64,000 bases of DNA, taken from assembly GCA_030264375.1 (NCBI GenBank), contig JASCQW010000072.1, positions 49,496,940 through 49,560,939 on the forward strand, read 5' to 3'. The notes under the pieces are model-generated. The model saw only the letters and a program-made list of their open reading frames with translations, made no database searches and was not told where the DNA came from. The number at the start of each line of letters is the position of its first letter. The first letter of the stretch is position 1. Both the position numbers and the translations under genes were made by a program. Source of the stretch: Carcharhinus longimanus. Lineage: Eukaryota. Positions 22,096 to 34,095 of this stretch are shown piece after piece.

Positions 22096-24766
22096 TGTAA
22101 TGCAATGGGAATAAAGCACATGGACTGCACCAAAGTTAAAAACAAGGTTCCTTTATTCCATTGGCATCAAAGCTATATAACCTCATTGTGGATGTGTAAC
22201 TTCAAGAAACAAACTATTTAGCTAGTATTCATCATCAATGCTGCAGATCTCTTGTTCTATTTGTGGTCTCAGCTCCTCAACACAGTGACTCACAGGCTTC
22301 GTCTACTGCCCCACCTCCTGTCTACAGCTCACGTGCCTCCCTCCCCCCCTCCCATTCCAGGAACCTCCATCACTGTGCAATTCCTGTTCATTAAAGATTT
22401 GCTATGCCATTGAGTGGACTGATTATCAAAACTCCAGTGGAGGATATGTAGGCATCAAGCAACTCCCCTCTGGTAATCGTCTTCTGGGGTTGCCCTCCAG
22501 CTACAGGTTCAATGTCATGTGTGTGACCAGTGGTTTCAAGCCACTTTCATGCTTTAGACAAAGTACAACTCTCTGCTCTGGCAGTAGTTGGCAATCCCTC
22601 ACCAGTAACATGACCTTTCCAGTGTAACTGTTCCCTGACACTTGGTGACCCACTCTCTCCCATTGTTATGAATCAGTAAATAGAAAACTTGACCTTCCTC
22701 CCTGATTCTCTTCCTGTACCTCAGCATTTTACATGCCCATTTGGACTCCTCCATTTGGCAGCATTAGGTTGATGGACATTTAACCTTCCAGTAACACTTC
22801 ATCTCCCATTGAAGCGGCCCAAAGTCCTCTTGCGAGTTGTGATGGATGGCAAAGGTGAAACTGTTAGTGGCTTTACCCCTCTGGATTGGCTTTGGATTTC
22901 CTTCATAAACACACGGTGATACTTTGATGATTTCCTGACCTAATTCTACAGAGTATGAGGTCTGAATGTTGTCTTTACTTGAGGCATAGACATGGCATCA
23001 GCCATAACTCTCTGTAAACTGGCAGAAGTGGGTTCCATGTGCAATCTTCTGGCTGAGGGCCTCAGCTTTTCCATTTCCTTTGTCAGGCTTGTATCTTCTC
23101 TAGTGAGGGATGAGGAATACAGTTGCACTGGACAGAGCTGCCATGCCTGCCATCTGTGGCATTTGTGGTTGTCCTGTAGAGTCTTGTTGGAAGCGTGCAA
23201 CCCTGTTACAATTGCAGCATCTATTTGTAGTACCCTTTGGGCATGCTCGGTTGCGAGGCTTCCTGTGGAGATAGGACAGCATGGATTGGATTTGCACTTG
23301 CTGTGCAGCTATTTGTTCTGCCTGCCTCTTTGGTTAGAGATCTAGAATCACATCTGTGCTGTTAGTCACCTCCCCAGTGGAGGCCTATTTTCTTTCCTCA
23401 TCATCCAGATGGTATAGTCACTCAAGTCTGTCACTGTTAATTCTCAACTGTAACCACTTCAGCTAGGCAACTTCTCAACTACATGGCCCTGGTTGATTTG
23501 ATGGGGAATCCAGGAGGACAACACAGTTAAATGACTTCAGCTCCAGAGATATAGAACCAGGTCCTCTACTTTTGCTTCTTTGTACTCATAAAACCTCTGT
23601 TGCAGCTGCGCTGGGCTATAACTGTTCCTAAAACCCTCGCTAGGACCTCAAAAGATCCTCCATGGGCTTCTTTGAGCATTTTTTGTCCTATTTATTTGTG
23701 GGGCATGGGAGTTGCTGGCTGGCCAGCATTTGTTGCCCATCTCAAGTTGCCCTTGGAGGGCAGTTGAGAATCACCCACATTTCTGGAGCTGGACCAGGTA
23801 AGGGCTTTCTCCCCTGAAGGACATTAGTGAACCAGATGGGTTTTTCCGACAATGTTTCATGGTCATCAGTAGATTCTTAATTCCAGATATGTTTTATTGA
23901 ATTCAAATTTCACCACTTGTCATGGCAGGATTCGAACCCCATGCCCTAGATCATTAGCTGAGTTACTGAATTAAAGTCTAGCGATACTACCACTAGGCCG
24001 CTGTCTCCCCCTTTGCATCTGTTCTAGAATTTCCCTGTTAGCTTGCTCATGCAGATGTTCCATCACAAAACCATATGGTCCCTTTCATTGAAGCCTCTGG
24101 ATGCTATGAGCAGCTGTGTGCCCTTGATCTAGTTAGTCAAGGGCTGCCAAATTGTTGGACGTCTCTGATCTTTCCCCAAATCTGTCAAATCTCCTATCCA
24201 TCAGCAGAAAGTACATTCATTATGGGATAGTCAGGCCCTTGTTGCTATATTAAAAGAAGGCACACTGGAAGCATCTACTCCTACTGAGCTTCCTCCTGTG
24301 AAGCCTGCTCTCTGTTAGAACTGCAGCCACTTGGGCCTCCCAGTTTCAGTTCTGTCACCATCTGCTCCATCCTGGACAGGCACCTTTTCATCTCGTTCGC
24401 TATGGTTCAAAGTCTGTGTTGTAAAATCTCACTCCTGACACCAGGATGTAACATGATATTAAGCACATGGGTGGCACAAAGATTAAAAACAAGATTCCTT
24501 TATTCCACTAACATCAAAGCCGTATAAACTCTTAGGGGAAAGAGTAACTTCTAGAAGCAAATTATTTACAGAGAATATTCACTGCCAATGCTCCAGATCT
24601 CTGTCTTATTTGTGGCCTTGGCTCCCAAACACAGTGACTCACCTGGCTTGATCTGCTGTTCCAGCTCCTAGCTGCAGACTCTCCCTTCTCAGTTGGGAGG
24701 GGCCCGCAGGTGCTAACCAGTCCATCTGCTTGCTACTCTCTTCGACCATCACCACGTGCTGCCACA
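22096..24766 (-). mobile_element. Internally deleted LTR retrotransposon (Gypsy-like) with both LTRs
   Basis: Diverged direct repeats 22096-~22340 and 24447-24766 (TG...CA and AATAAA on minus); PBS TGGTGTCAGGAGTGAGATT at 24425-24443 complementary to tRNA-Leu; polypurine tract ~22337-22355; RNase H-like YKPDKGNGKAEALS near 23060-23100. Confidence 0.85.
23690..24010 (-). mobile_element. tRNA-derived SINE inserted in the LTR element
   Basis: Minus-strand head GGCCTAGTGGTAGT...GGTTCGAATCC, core CCCATCTGGTTCACTAATGTCCTT and tail GGGCAACAAATGCTGGCCAGCCAGCAAC. Confidence 0.75.
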
Positions 24767-26374
24767 ATAAAACACTTAAGCTTTATGGTATTTCATTTTA
24801 CAATACCAGTCTCCATTTGTCTCAGCCTAAGCTGTTTGCTTAACCAGCTACTTTTATGGTTATACTTCAAAACATTTCAACATGGGTCAGAGTTAAGTGG
24901 TGTTCAAAATTATGAAAGATTTCGATCAAGTAAATAAGGTAAAATTGCAGTTACTGGCAGAAAGGCTCGTAATCACAGATTTAATGTAATTGTCAGTGAA
25001 AATCTTTTACACGCTAAATTATAATCTTCAATAACCTTCCATGAAAACATGATGGACGCAGATTCAATATTAACTTTCTAAAAGCTTGAAAGGAAGAAAT
25101 CGCTGGATAACAAGAATGGGGAAGGAGGACTATCCTGATAGTTCTTTCAAAGTGTTGGCGCAGGCACTAAAGGCCAAATTGCCTCATTCTGTGCTGTAGA
25201 ATCCTATTAGCTCATTGACATGAATTAGCAATCTGGGTATCAAATATAATAGCAGATAAGAGCAGATCAACTTAATGGATGATGAGCATTTAACAATGAG
25301 ACAGCGTGGCACCAAATTCAAAGTGTTCAAGAAATCAAAAATTACAAGAAACTACATGGGTGTAAGATAATGAATAGTATTTGTTTAAGATTGTTTTTGA
25401 AATTGCATGAGGCCAAATGCTCCTTCTTTGCTATTATTTTGTAGGTTACAGTGAAAACAATACTGTCAGAGCATGTAAGAGTACACTCACTTTATTTTCC
25501 CCTGACTCCCTGGGCATGATTCAAAATTAATTGACATGGCCCCTTATCAAAAATGGCATCTAAACTAAATACTCCAAATTGTGCAACATGTTGATTTTAC
25601 AATCAGGATTCCTGAAAGTCTTTATCAGAGGCAATTACTCTCCGCGCTGCCCAAGGGTGTCATCAGCAAATTTAAAATACGCAGTCCTTCTAAAATGGTA
25701 CCTCTCCTGCACAGCTGTAAAGAACTAGGCTCAAGATTCCACAAAAATCTTTTTAAAATGGCTAATTCCAGGACCCTATACCTTCACTGCTGATTGAATT
25801 TTTTTTTACTAAATTAGGAAAATCAATCACTTCATGAGATTGGTCTTGACTGACAGACTCCCCCACAAACATGAGGGACAGTTCACCCTTGTGTGTTCGA
25901 GCACTGGGGAGACACAGATCTTCCATGAGGCACTGGCTGCTTCAACCCCGAGGAATTTCCAATTAATCTGCAGCCCATCATGAGGTCCAAGCCCTATTTT
26001 GGGGCACAGCTGGGGCTTCTGAAGGTGACACATGCTCAGAATACCTACTTCAGGCTTGAAAATGGTCTTAACACTATTTCTGACTCGAAGTCTCCAACTA
26101 AAAGAAATCCGGGAACATATCCTTCAAATCTTAAATAGCCATAACCCAAAGAGACACATTAATAAGAGGCAACTGGATTACAAAAGTCAAGTAAAAGATT
26201 ACAAGAAAGGTCAAAGTAGTGGATTCATGTAGGCATTTACATTAATGACTGCTATTCATAGACTTAATGGTTGTAATCATGGGATTTCCCCATGATCTAA
26301 GCATTTGTTAATGTAATTAGATGCCTATTCATTGCTTCAAGACTGATTTTAAATCTCCTACACTGCATACACTG

Positions 26375-26760
26375 GAGAGAGGTAGTGGTATAGAGGTAAT
26401 GTCACTAATCCAGAAGCCAAGGCTAATGCTCTGGGGATCTGGGTTCAAATGCTACCACACCAGCTGGCAAAATTTAAATTCAATTAATCAAAATCTGGAA
26501 TTAGAAACTAGACTCAGTTACAGTGACCACGAAACCATTGTCCATTGTTGTAAAAATCCATTCGGTTCACTAATGCCTTTCAGAAAAGAAAATCATGTGA
26601 CTCCAGACCCACAGTAATGACTCTTAAATTACGCTCATTTGTATCAAACTCCTACAAAATCTAAAAGGAATAAACTCCCTCCCTAACAGCACTTTCAGTG
26701 CAATTCACCACCTTCTCAAGGGCAATTAGTGATGGCCACATCCTGTGAATAAATAAACAA
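26375..26760 (+). mobile_element. tRNA-derived SINE (same group as 23690-24010)
   Basis: Head with GGGTTCAAAT B-box, core GTAAAAATCCATTCGGTTCACTAATGCCTTT, tail AAGGGCAATTAGTGATGG...CACATCCTGTGAATAAATAA. Confidence 0.75.
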
Positions 26761-27548
26761 AAAAAATTAAAACACTGTGATGCAGTGGGGCAGTTGTCTA
26801 AAAAAAACTCATGAGAGTGTCAATGCTTTAGATAAACATATTAAACATTTGAATAGTGGGATCATTAGTATTTTTCGCTTTGATTAAAAATTGGGTTAAT
26901 TGTCATGAGCAATATATTTTACTCAACTCTAAATATTGGTTAAAAAAAGGTTAACTCAATGTTAGAGCTTACTCCTGGATGTAAATTAGTATTGCCCATG
27001 GTTCTCTCCCTCTGTCAAAGAGCTGATATATCTGCCCTGTCAAATATTACACAAACAATGGTTTATGTCAAACTGTTCACCCCACAGGCTACACCAAACT
27101 GCCAGCAACATGTCATCTTCAAATGTGTGTTAGTTAGCAGATATAGTCAAAAAGTACAAACAAATTTTAACTTCTCTATAGAACTGAGAAACACCAGGCG
27201 GGTTCCGATTTATTTCTGCACCATTAAGTTAATTCTATATCATACTAAAGTGTGTTAGCTATCATAAATCACTTGTGAATTGTTAGACCAGTCCACATTG
27301 GGTCTTTTAAGAGTTCTCCTTTAAGTTAAACTCTTCTCAGATTATAGGCTTATATGAACTATGGAAACAAAATCATTATTTTATAGTTGGAATGGTAATA
27401 TTCAACTAATTTAATAACTTATTAATTATTGATAGCTCTTTTTATGATCTACTGTTAGTATTTTCCCTTTCTCTGCTCGCAAATGTATTGAACCAGTTAC
27501 TGGACTGAAATTGGCATTCATCTTCTATTAATGCAGAAATTTCTCTCA

Positions 27549-27553
<5 letters not shown>

Positions 27554-27617
<64 letters not shown>
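27554..27617. repeat. (GT)32 microsatellite
   Basis: Uninterrupted GT dinucleotide run. Confidence 0.97.
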
Positions 27618-27620
<3 letters not shown>

Positions 27621-27728
27621 CACAAGCATGGGGGTTTGGGTAGAGTGGAGAGCAGGTACACAACAGATGTACATTCCTTTCTTATTGTCATTCTTGATGA
27701 ATAGGAATTCAGTCTTCACAGAACAGAA

Positions 27729-30700
27729 TGTAGTATAAGGGTCTGGCTTAGGAAGGGTTAATGTAGGACTGGGTACAGTACCACCCACACTGATATGTAA
27801 AGGAGCCTAGAGGACATTTTGTACTAGAAAGAGACTTGTGTATTAGCAAACATGGAAATTGTATATATGTATAAAGATGCAAGTTAGTTAACAAACATTT
27901 ACTGTTAAACTGTACAAGACTCAGGATCTCTTCATGAAACCTGCTGAACTACACACACCTTACGACATAACAGCAGCTATCGGAATAAGCCAGAAACTGG
28001 AGATAAAACTTAAAAACTTGAAGATTGAAAAGAGCAGCATTCAGACCTGACAGGAAGCACCAGAAGTGAAGGTGCAGAAGGAGATTGCCTGAGAGGGGCT
28101 CCGGAGGAGGATTGGAAGTGGGAGGCAGAAATAAAACTCCACGCTAAACCAGCAGATTCCATTGAATTCCATGGAAGTCCTCTTCAATATCCAAGCTGTG
28201 CAGAGTCAGAAGACTAGAAAGGGATGAGGTAAAAGGTTTCTTGGCCAGATGAGTTTTAGAAAACCAAGTCCGCGGCAGTCAGAATTGCTATTTTATAAAG
28301 CATCACAAATAGCTGAATTACCACCTGACCAAGTGGGTCCGCATTCACACAGGATTAAAAAAAATAAAGTAACAATTAATCAACAGTTAAAAGACCCAGT
28401 AGAAGCTGGGAATTGATAGTTTCACAGCCCAAAAAGACTTTGGAACCTTGAGGTTGTCTAAAAAAGGTTGATAGGTTGATCCAGAGAGTTGCTGTTAAAG
28501 TTTTAAAATACAGAATGCCATTATTGCAGAAGCCTGCTAAAACCCACAAGAACCAGAAACTTCATTGAGAAGAAGTGTGCAGGACCTCTATCTTTGATTT
28601 CCTAACAGANNNNNNNNNNNNNNNNNNNNNNNNNNNNNNNNNNNNNNNNNNNNNNNNNNNNNNNNNNNNNNNNNNNNNNNNNNNNNNNNNNNNNNNNCTT
28701 TGGAGAAAGAGATTCCTTATATTCATGATTGCTTCAGGTCTCGATAAATAGACAGAAGTTGAACAGGTTAACACACTGCTTTATTCACTAGGTCCAATAT
28801 TTGATGATGTGAGCAATCCTCTGCAAAATTTGACAAAGTTTTAAAATTATTTGACACATATTTTAATTTGAGAAGTAACAAGATTCTTGAAGTAAGTTTA
28901 ACAAATGTATCCAACAGCCAGGAGAACCTGTTAACCTCCTTTAGTAATAAACTATACAAAGTGACTAAAGACTGTGAATACGGTGACCTGAAATCAGAAC
29001 TAATCAGGAAAGAACTTTTGTCAGAGTGGTGGATGATACACACTTAAACATGTTTCAACATAAGGAGGATTTCACCCTTGAAAAGGTCATTCAGATTATC
29101 AGGCAACCTGAAATCCATTTCAAGCACAAATCTGTCTTAAAGGCAAAGACAGACCATGGTACAGATCAAATCCTACTGCCCAGCTCATAAAACTGCAGAG
29201 GAGCAGGGACACTCTAGGTCAAGGGCTGCAATAACCTAACTGATGCTAAAGGGTGGGCAACTATGCCAGTGTTGTGGAGCCAAGTGACCCTGTAGGCATG
29301 ACCAATGTCCAGCAGCCTCAGCACAATGTTTTAATTTCAACTGCACAGGACACTTCAGAAAGATATGCAAAGCTAACAAATCAGACACACAAATCAGACA
29401 CACAAATCATCTCAAGATGATTCATGAGATTAACATGCTACACCAAGAGGAAGCACACCTATGTTAAGAGATTCTGGAACTTGGTCTTCTCAGTTCATGG
29501 TCATCTCACAAACTTTAAATTGGACATGGGAGCTGGTGTTACGATCCTCTCAGACAGGGAACTGTGGCTGAGAAACTTCTGATTATGAATGATACATCAC
29601 TGTATGACACTGGAGGAATCAGGCTTCTAGTTATAGGTATGATTCTTGAACCACAAACATATTTTGGCAAACAAATCTTTGAAGTCATGTACGCCATCTG
29701 TGACCAGCCTTCTTCTCTTCTAAGCAGAGGTGCTCGTGTTCCCCTTTCTAAAACAGCAGATGCCACCAAAACAATCTCTGTCTTCAATTATACAGAACTG
29801 CAAATTCCTGAGAGCACGAACAGAAAAAAATACTCTTGATTGGGACTTCAACTCCAAACTGTCTGCCCTCTGAAGAGCTGGTTTGTTCATTTTCTTTGCA
29901 GGTGTCAGAAGCTTCTTGTTGGCAAGGTCAGCTAACCACTCCTATGGTTACCATGATGCATTGACAGGAAGACAGCCAAGAGGTGAACCAGCAACAAGAA
30001 GAGCCTCAACTTCTGCTCAAACATCTGTTGGCAAGATGCCTCAAGGCACCATGTCACAGACACCGCAACTTCCAGCCAGATCAATAGTTAGCCAGATGAT
30101 GCTGGGATAGAGAATCAGCCATCACTTAACCACAACACACCTCAGTAAGGCAGGAAAAAATTAATAAGAACATTGATGCGCAGAAAGCTAAAGTGCAATA
30201 CGAGCCTGTTGATAAGTTGCACTCACACAACAAGGAGAGATATCTTCCAAACCAACATACATTATGGCAAACCACACATAAGAAGAAAAACACAACAGAC
30301 ACAAACTGTGAGCTTGTTCTCTCCGTAAGGAACAGAAAAATCCCATGAAATTGACAACACTAGATGGGGAGTCGAGAAGGAGCAGTTCAATTCCAAAGAA
30401 CAAAAGAAGAGAATTAAGATCAATCAACAAAATGCCAAGAATGACAACAGTACCTTTCCATTCATCAAGGCTTACCCAGTATAACAGAGAATATTACTCT
30501 TTTTTACTTGTTTTTACTTTTACTTGTAAAAACAAGACCTGAAAGAATTATAACGCATCTAGATAGGCTGAAGCATAAACACAGAGACTTGAAGAGGGAT
30601 GGTAGAAAAGGTATAATAGAAGTAATGTAAATATGTTGGGTTAACAGAATGCATTGTAAATATGTTGGATAAAGATTTGGGGGACAGGTGTACTATAAAG

Positions 30701-30946
30701 GTCTGACATAAAAAAGGTTAAAGTTTTACTGGGTACAGTGCTACTCATACTGTGATGTAAAGGAACACATGACCCAAGTCTAGAAGACAATCTCGTACTG
30801 GACAGAGACACGTGTTGAGGAAAGCACGGAGACAGATCCTAGCTTAGGCTGTCCATTATGTAGTCAATAAACGCTTACTGCTAAACTATACAAGATTCAG
30901 AACCTCTTGATTAGGCATCCTAAACTACACTAAACATCTTACAAGA
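27729..30946 (+). mobile_element. Gypsy LTR retrotransposon, internally deleted, both LTRs present
   Basis: Diverged LTRs 27729-27967 and 30689-30946; flanks CAGAA/GAGAA; degenerate tRNA-Leu-like PBS after the 5' LTR; gag CEYGDLKSELIR, FTLEKVIQI and knuckle remnants; protease FKLDMGAGVTILS at ~29515; PPT before 30689. Confidence 0.88.
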
Positions 30947-31560
30947 GAGAAAGAGGAGAATATACTTGATATTTTTGGAAAATGAATAATGAATTGTGGA
31001 CTGAAATTCACTCAGATTAATGTAAACAAAAATAACACAGTTGAGAAGAAGTAATGTCCGCAAATCCTTCAGACCCCAAGGATTTCCACCCCAGGGGTTT
31101 AAGAAAGTAGGTGATGAAATTGCAGATTCCTTAGCCCATAATCTTCCAAAATTCTCTTGATTCAGGATTTTTAGCTTGGAAAACTGCAAATGTAACTCCA
31201 TTATTTAAGAATGGTGAGAGAAAAACCAAGAACTTTCTGTTGTCAGAGGGTTGTTAGAATCTATAGTTAAGGAGAGTGACTTGAGAAATTTGAGCTACTT
31301 AGAGAGAGCCAGTGTGAATTTGTAATAGGTAGGTCATGCCGAACAAAACCAATTACATTTTTGGGTAATTACTATTGTAGTAATTACAGAACTATTTGTG
31401 GAAGTAATTTACATAGGCTTGAGAAGTTTCCACGATACAGGCTGGTAGATAAAATTAAAAGTTAAGGAATTGAAGGCAAATTATTTATCTGGTTAGGAGA
31501 TTGGTTGATCAGTAGAAGATAGAGAGCAGTGACAATTGATGGTCATTTAAGGGCATCTTC
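30947..31560 (+). mobile_element. CR1-like LINE ORF2 fragment, continuation of 27703-27728
   Basis: TTCAGTCTTCACAGAA (SVFTE) left of the LTR element continues as the GFPPQGFKKVGDEIADSL-like region. Confidence 0.75.
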
Positions 31561-32314
31561 CTGCATTGCTGCAATTTTTCCCATGGTGGTTGGAGACCAG
31601 TGTCAAATGTGAAGTATGGTAGTTTTACCTGCTCAGGCTTGTAATAGGCAGCGATTAGGGGTACCTCCTTTATGGACCCCTTGATCCAATTGTCCACCGC
31701 CCAAAGGAATTGTCTCCCATTCCACATTTCCCATTACTCTGACCTGTCCAGAATCACAGAATCTTTAAAGAAGGAGGCCATTCTGCCCATCCAGTCTACA
31801 TCTGTTCTCTAAAAGAGTCAGTCCTATTCTGCTCTCCACCCCCTCATGCTCCCCTTCCCTTCGGGCCTGCCAGTCTGGCTCTGGTGATGCCCTCACCCCT
31901 TACCTTCATCTCAGGCCTCAATGACAGGTGCTGATAGGGATTGGATGTAGTCCCATCAATGGCCATCGTTAGGGTGGCACTGCTAAGAGCAGAAAGCCAT
32001 TGGCCATTTGATTGTCCAGCAGTTCACAGAGGGCATGCTTCCTCCCCACTTGGGGGTCGAAGTCCCACATTAAGCCCAGTAAATAGCCTGCCAGCTGGTA
32101 AAAAGCTGCCATTCAAACTGGCAGAGCAAGGATAGGCTTGTCCCAACATTTACACTGGAGGCGTTGGGGGGTGGGGGAAGAAAGACTTCAGTCCAGTGCA
32201 AAATGATAGCCAAAGATCTGTGCTGCAGCATTAAATGATTCATTATGTTTTATCAGTGATATAAATAATACAAGTGAGAGCCATAATTCAAGTTCGGCAT
32301 CGACTCAAAAATTG

Positions 32315-32542
32315 AAGGTAAAGTTGCTATTAGTCCCAGATGATCATAGGCTGCTAGTCCTTTTGAGTGGCAGAGCGGACTAGGGATGATTTAACTTGAG
32401 GATCACCTCACCTCAGGTGAGGGGCAAGACTGAGAAGGTGGGACTTTTATGAATAACCTCAGCTGGTAACAGGAATTGAAGCCTTGCTGTTGCTTTGCAT
32501 CACTAACCAGCCACCCAACCAACTAAGCTGAACCAACCCTCA
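32315..32542 (-). mobile_element. tRNA-derived SINE (further family) inside a CR1 fragment
   Basis: Minus-strand head GGTTCAGCTTAGTTGG...GCTTCAATTCC; tail GCAGCCTATGATCATCTGGGACTAATAGCAACTTTACCTT. Confidence 0.6.
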
Positions 32543-32989
32543 CTCAAAAATTGTTGTTATAATCAACAGCGTAGTGAATTTTTAAGATTTTGAAAGAAAT
32601 TGATAAGGTGGATAGAAAGAAACTTTTTCCACTGGTGGAAGATTCTACGTCAAGGGAACAGAACCTTAAGATCAGAGGCAGGCCAATAAGGAGAAAGATT
32701 AAGAAACATTTCATCACACAAAGGGTGGTTGATAAGTGAAATTCTTTCACACAAAAAGCAGTGGATACTAGGTCATTTAAAAAATATTGAAAATTGCTAG
32801 CTAAGCGTATAAAAGAGTATTTTATTCTTTGTAGTTAAATGAGAATTAAACAATGTACAATCAGTTCTTAACAGATCCAGGCAGATCTAGTTAAAATCAA
32901 ATAAACAGAGATAGTAACATTAAAGAATTCTTAACTTCCATTAAATTAAAATTTAAGACATATCAATAATATGAGTTAAGTAAAACATT

Positions 32990-33415
32990 TAAGTTAACCT
33001 ACCTGTGAAATAAGGTGACAACAGCAGAAGAGGAGGAGCTGGTGAGTGTTTATTTAAATATTACATTTATTTTTAAGTTAATCAATATTCTAAAAAATAG
33101 AGAAATGTCAGTGTATTTCAGTTCCTTAGAATATACATCCTGTTCTAATTGGAACTCCAGAATCTTTCGTTTCCTAGACAACCATCTGTAGGGGAAGTGT
33201 CATCTGCTGAACAATCTTGAACCCTGGGCTTTGGAGCTTCAGCAGCAGCTGATAGCATGAGGCTGAGGGCTACGTGGATATCATGTTTCTGGAGGTGCTC
33301 ACCCCACAGCACAAGAGTGAGAAAGCAGACAGCAAAAGAGTTACAGCCAGACACTCAAGGAGGACCAGGAAGATAATAGAGTGCATTTTGCTCACTCAGT
33401 AATCAGTTCTGGGCA
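32990..33415 (+). mobile_element. CR1-like LINE 5' region / ORF1 zinc finger-leucine zipper remnant
   Basis: KCHLLNNLEPWALELQQQL followed by EAEGYVDIMFLEVLTPQ, resembling CR1 ORF1 N-termini. Confidence 0.55.
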
Positions 33416-33419
33416 GTTT

Positions 33420-34095
33420 TTAATTCACTTACAGATGTAGGTGTTGCTGGCTCAGCCAGCATTTATTGCCTATCCCTAATTGCCCTTGAGAAAGTGATGG
33501 TGAGCTGTCTTTCTGAACCAGTGCAGACCATGTGGTACAGGCAGACCCACAGTACTGTTAGGGAGGGGATTCCAAGATTTTGGCCCAGTTACAGTGAAGA
33601 AATGGCAAAATATAGGATGGTGAGTGGCTTGAAGGGAACTTCCAGGTGGAGGTGTTCCCATGTCTCTGTTGCCTTTGTCCTTCTATATTGTTGCAGTCAT
33701 AGGTTTGGGAGGTGCTATCTAAGGAGCCTTGGTGAGCTCCCACAGTACTTCTTGTAGGTCATACACACTGCTGTTGCTGTTCAATGTTGGAGTAGGGATT
33801 GAATGCTTCTGGAAGGGATGCCAATCAAGTGGGCAGCTTTGTCTTGGATGGTTTTGAGTGCAGCTCCAACAACACTCACCCAGGCAATTGGAGAATATTC
33901 CATCACACTCCTGACTTGTTGCTTGTAGATGGTGGACAAGCTTTGGAGAGTCAGGAGGTGCGCTACTACTAACTGCAGGATTTCTAGCCTCTGACCTGCT
34001 CTTACAGCCTAGTATTTATTTGGCTAATCTAGCTGACTTTCTGGTCAATGGTAACCCCCGGCATGTTGATAGTGGGGGATTTAGCGACAATTGAA
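33420..34095 (-). mobile_element. Non-LTR retrotransposon 3' end
   Basis: Minus-strand QDKAAHLIG motif and 3' tail AAGGGCAATTAGGGATAGGCAATAAATGCTGGCTGAGCCAGC shared with the SINEs at 23690 and 26375. Confidence 0.7.

Noticed and set aside
27442-27788. ORFs with poly-HT or poly-CV tracts
   Set aside because: Translations of the (GT)n microsatellite.
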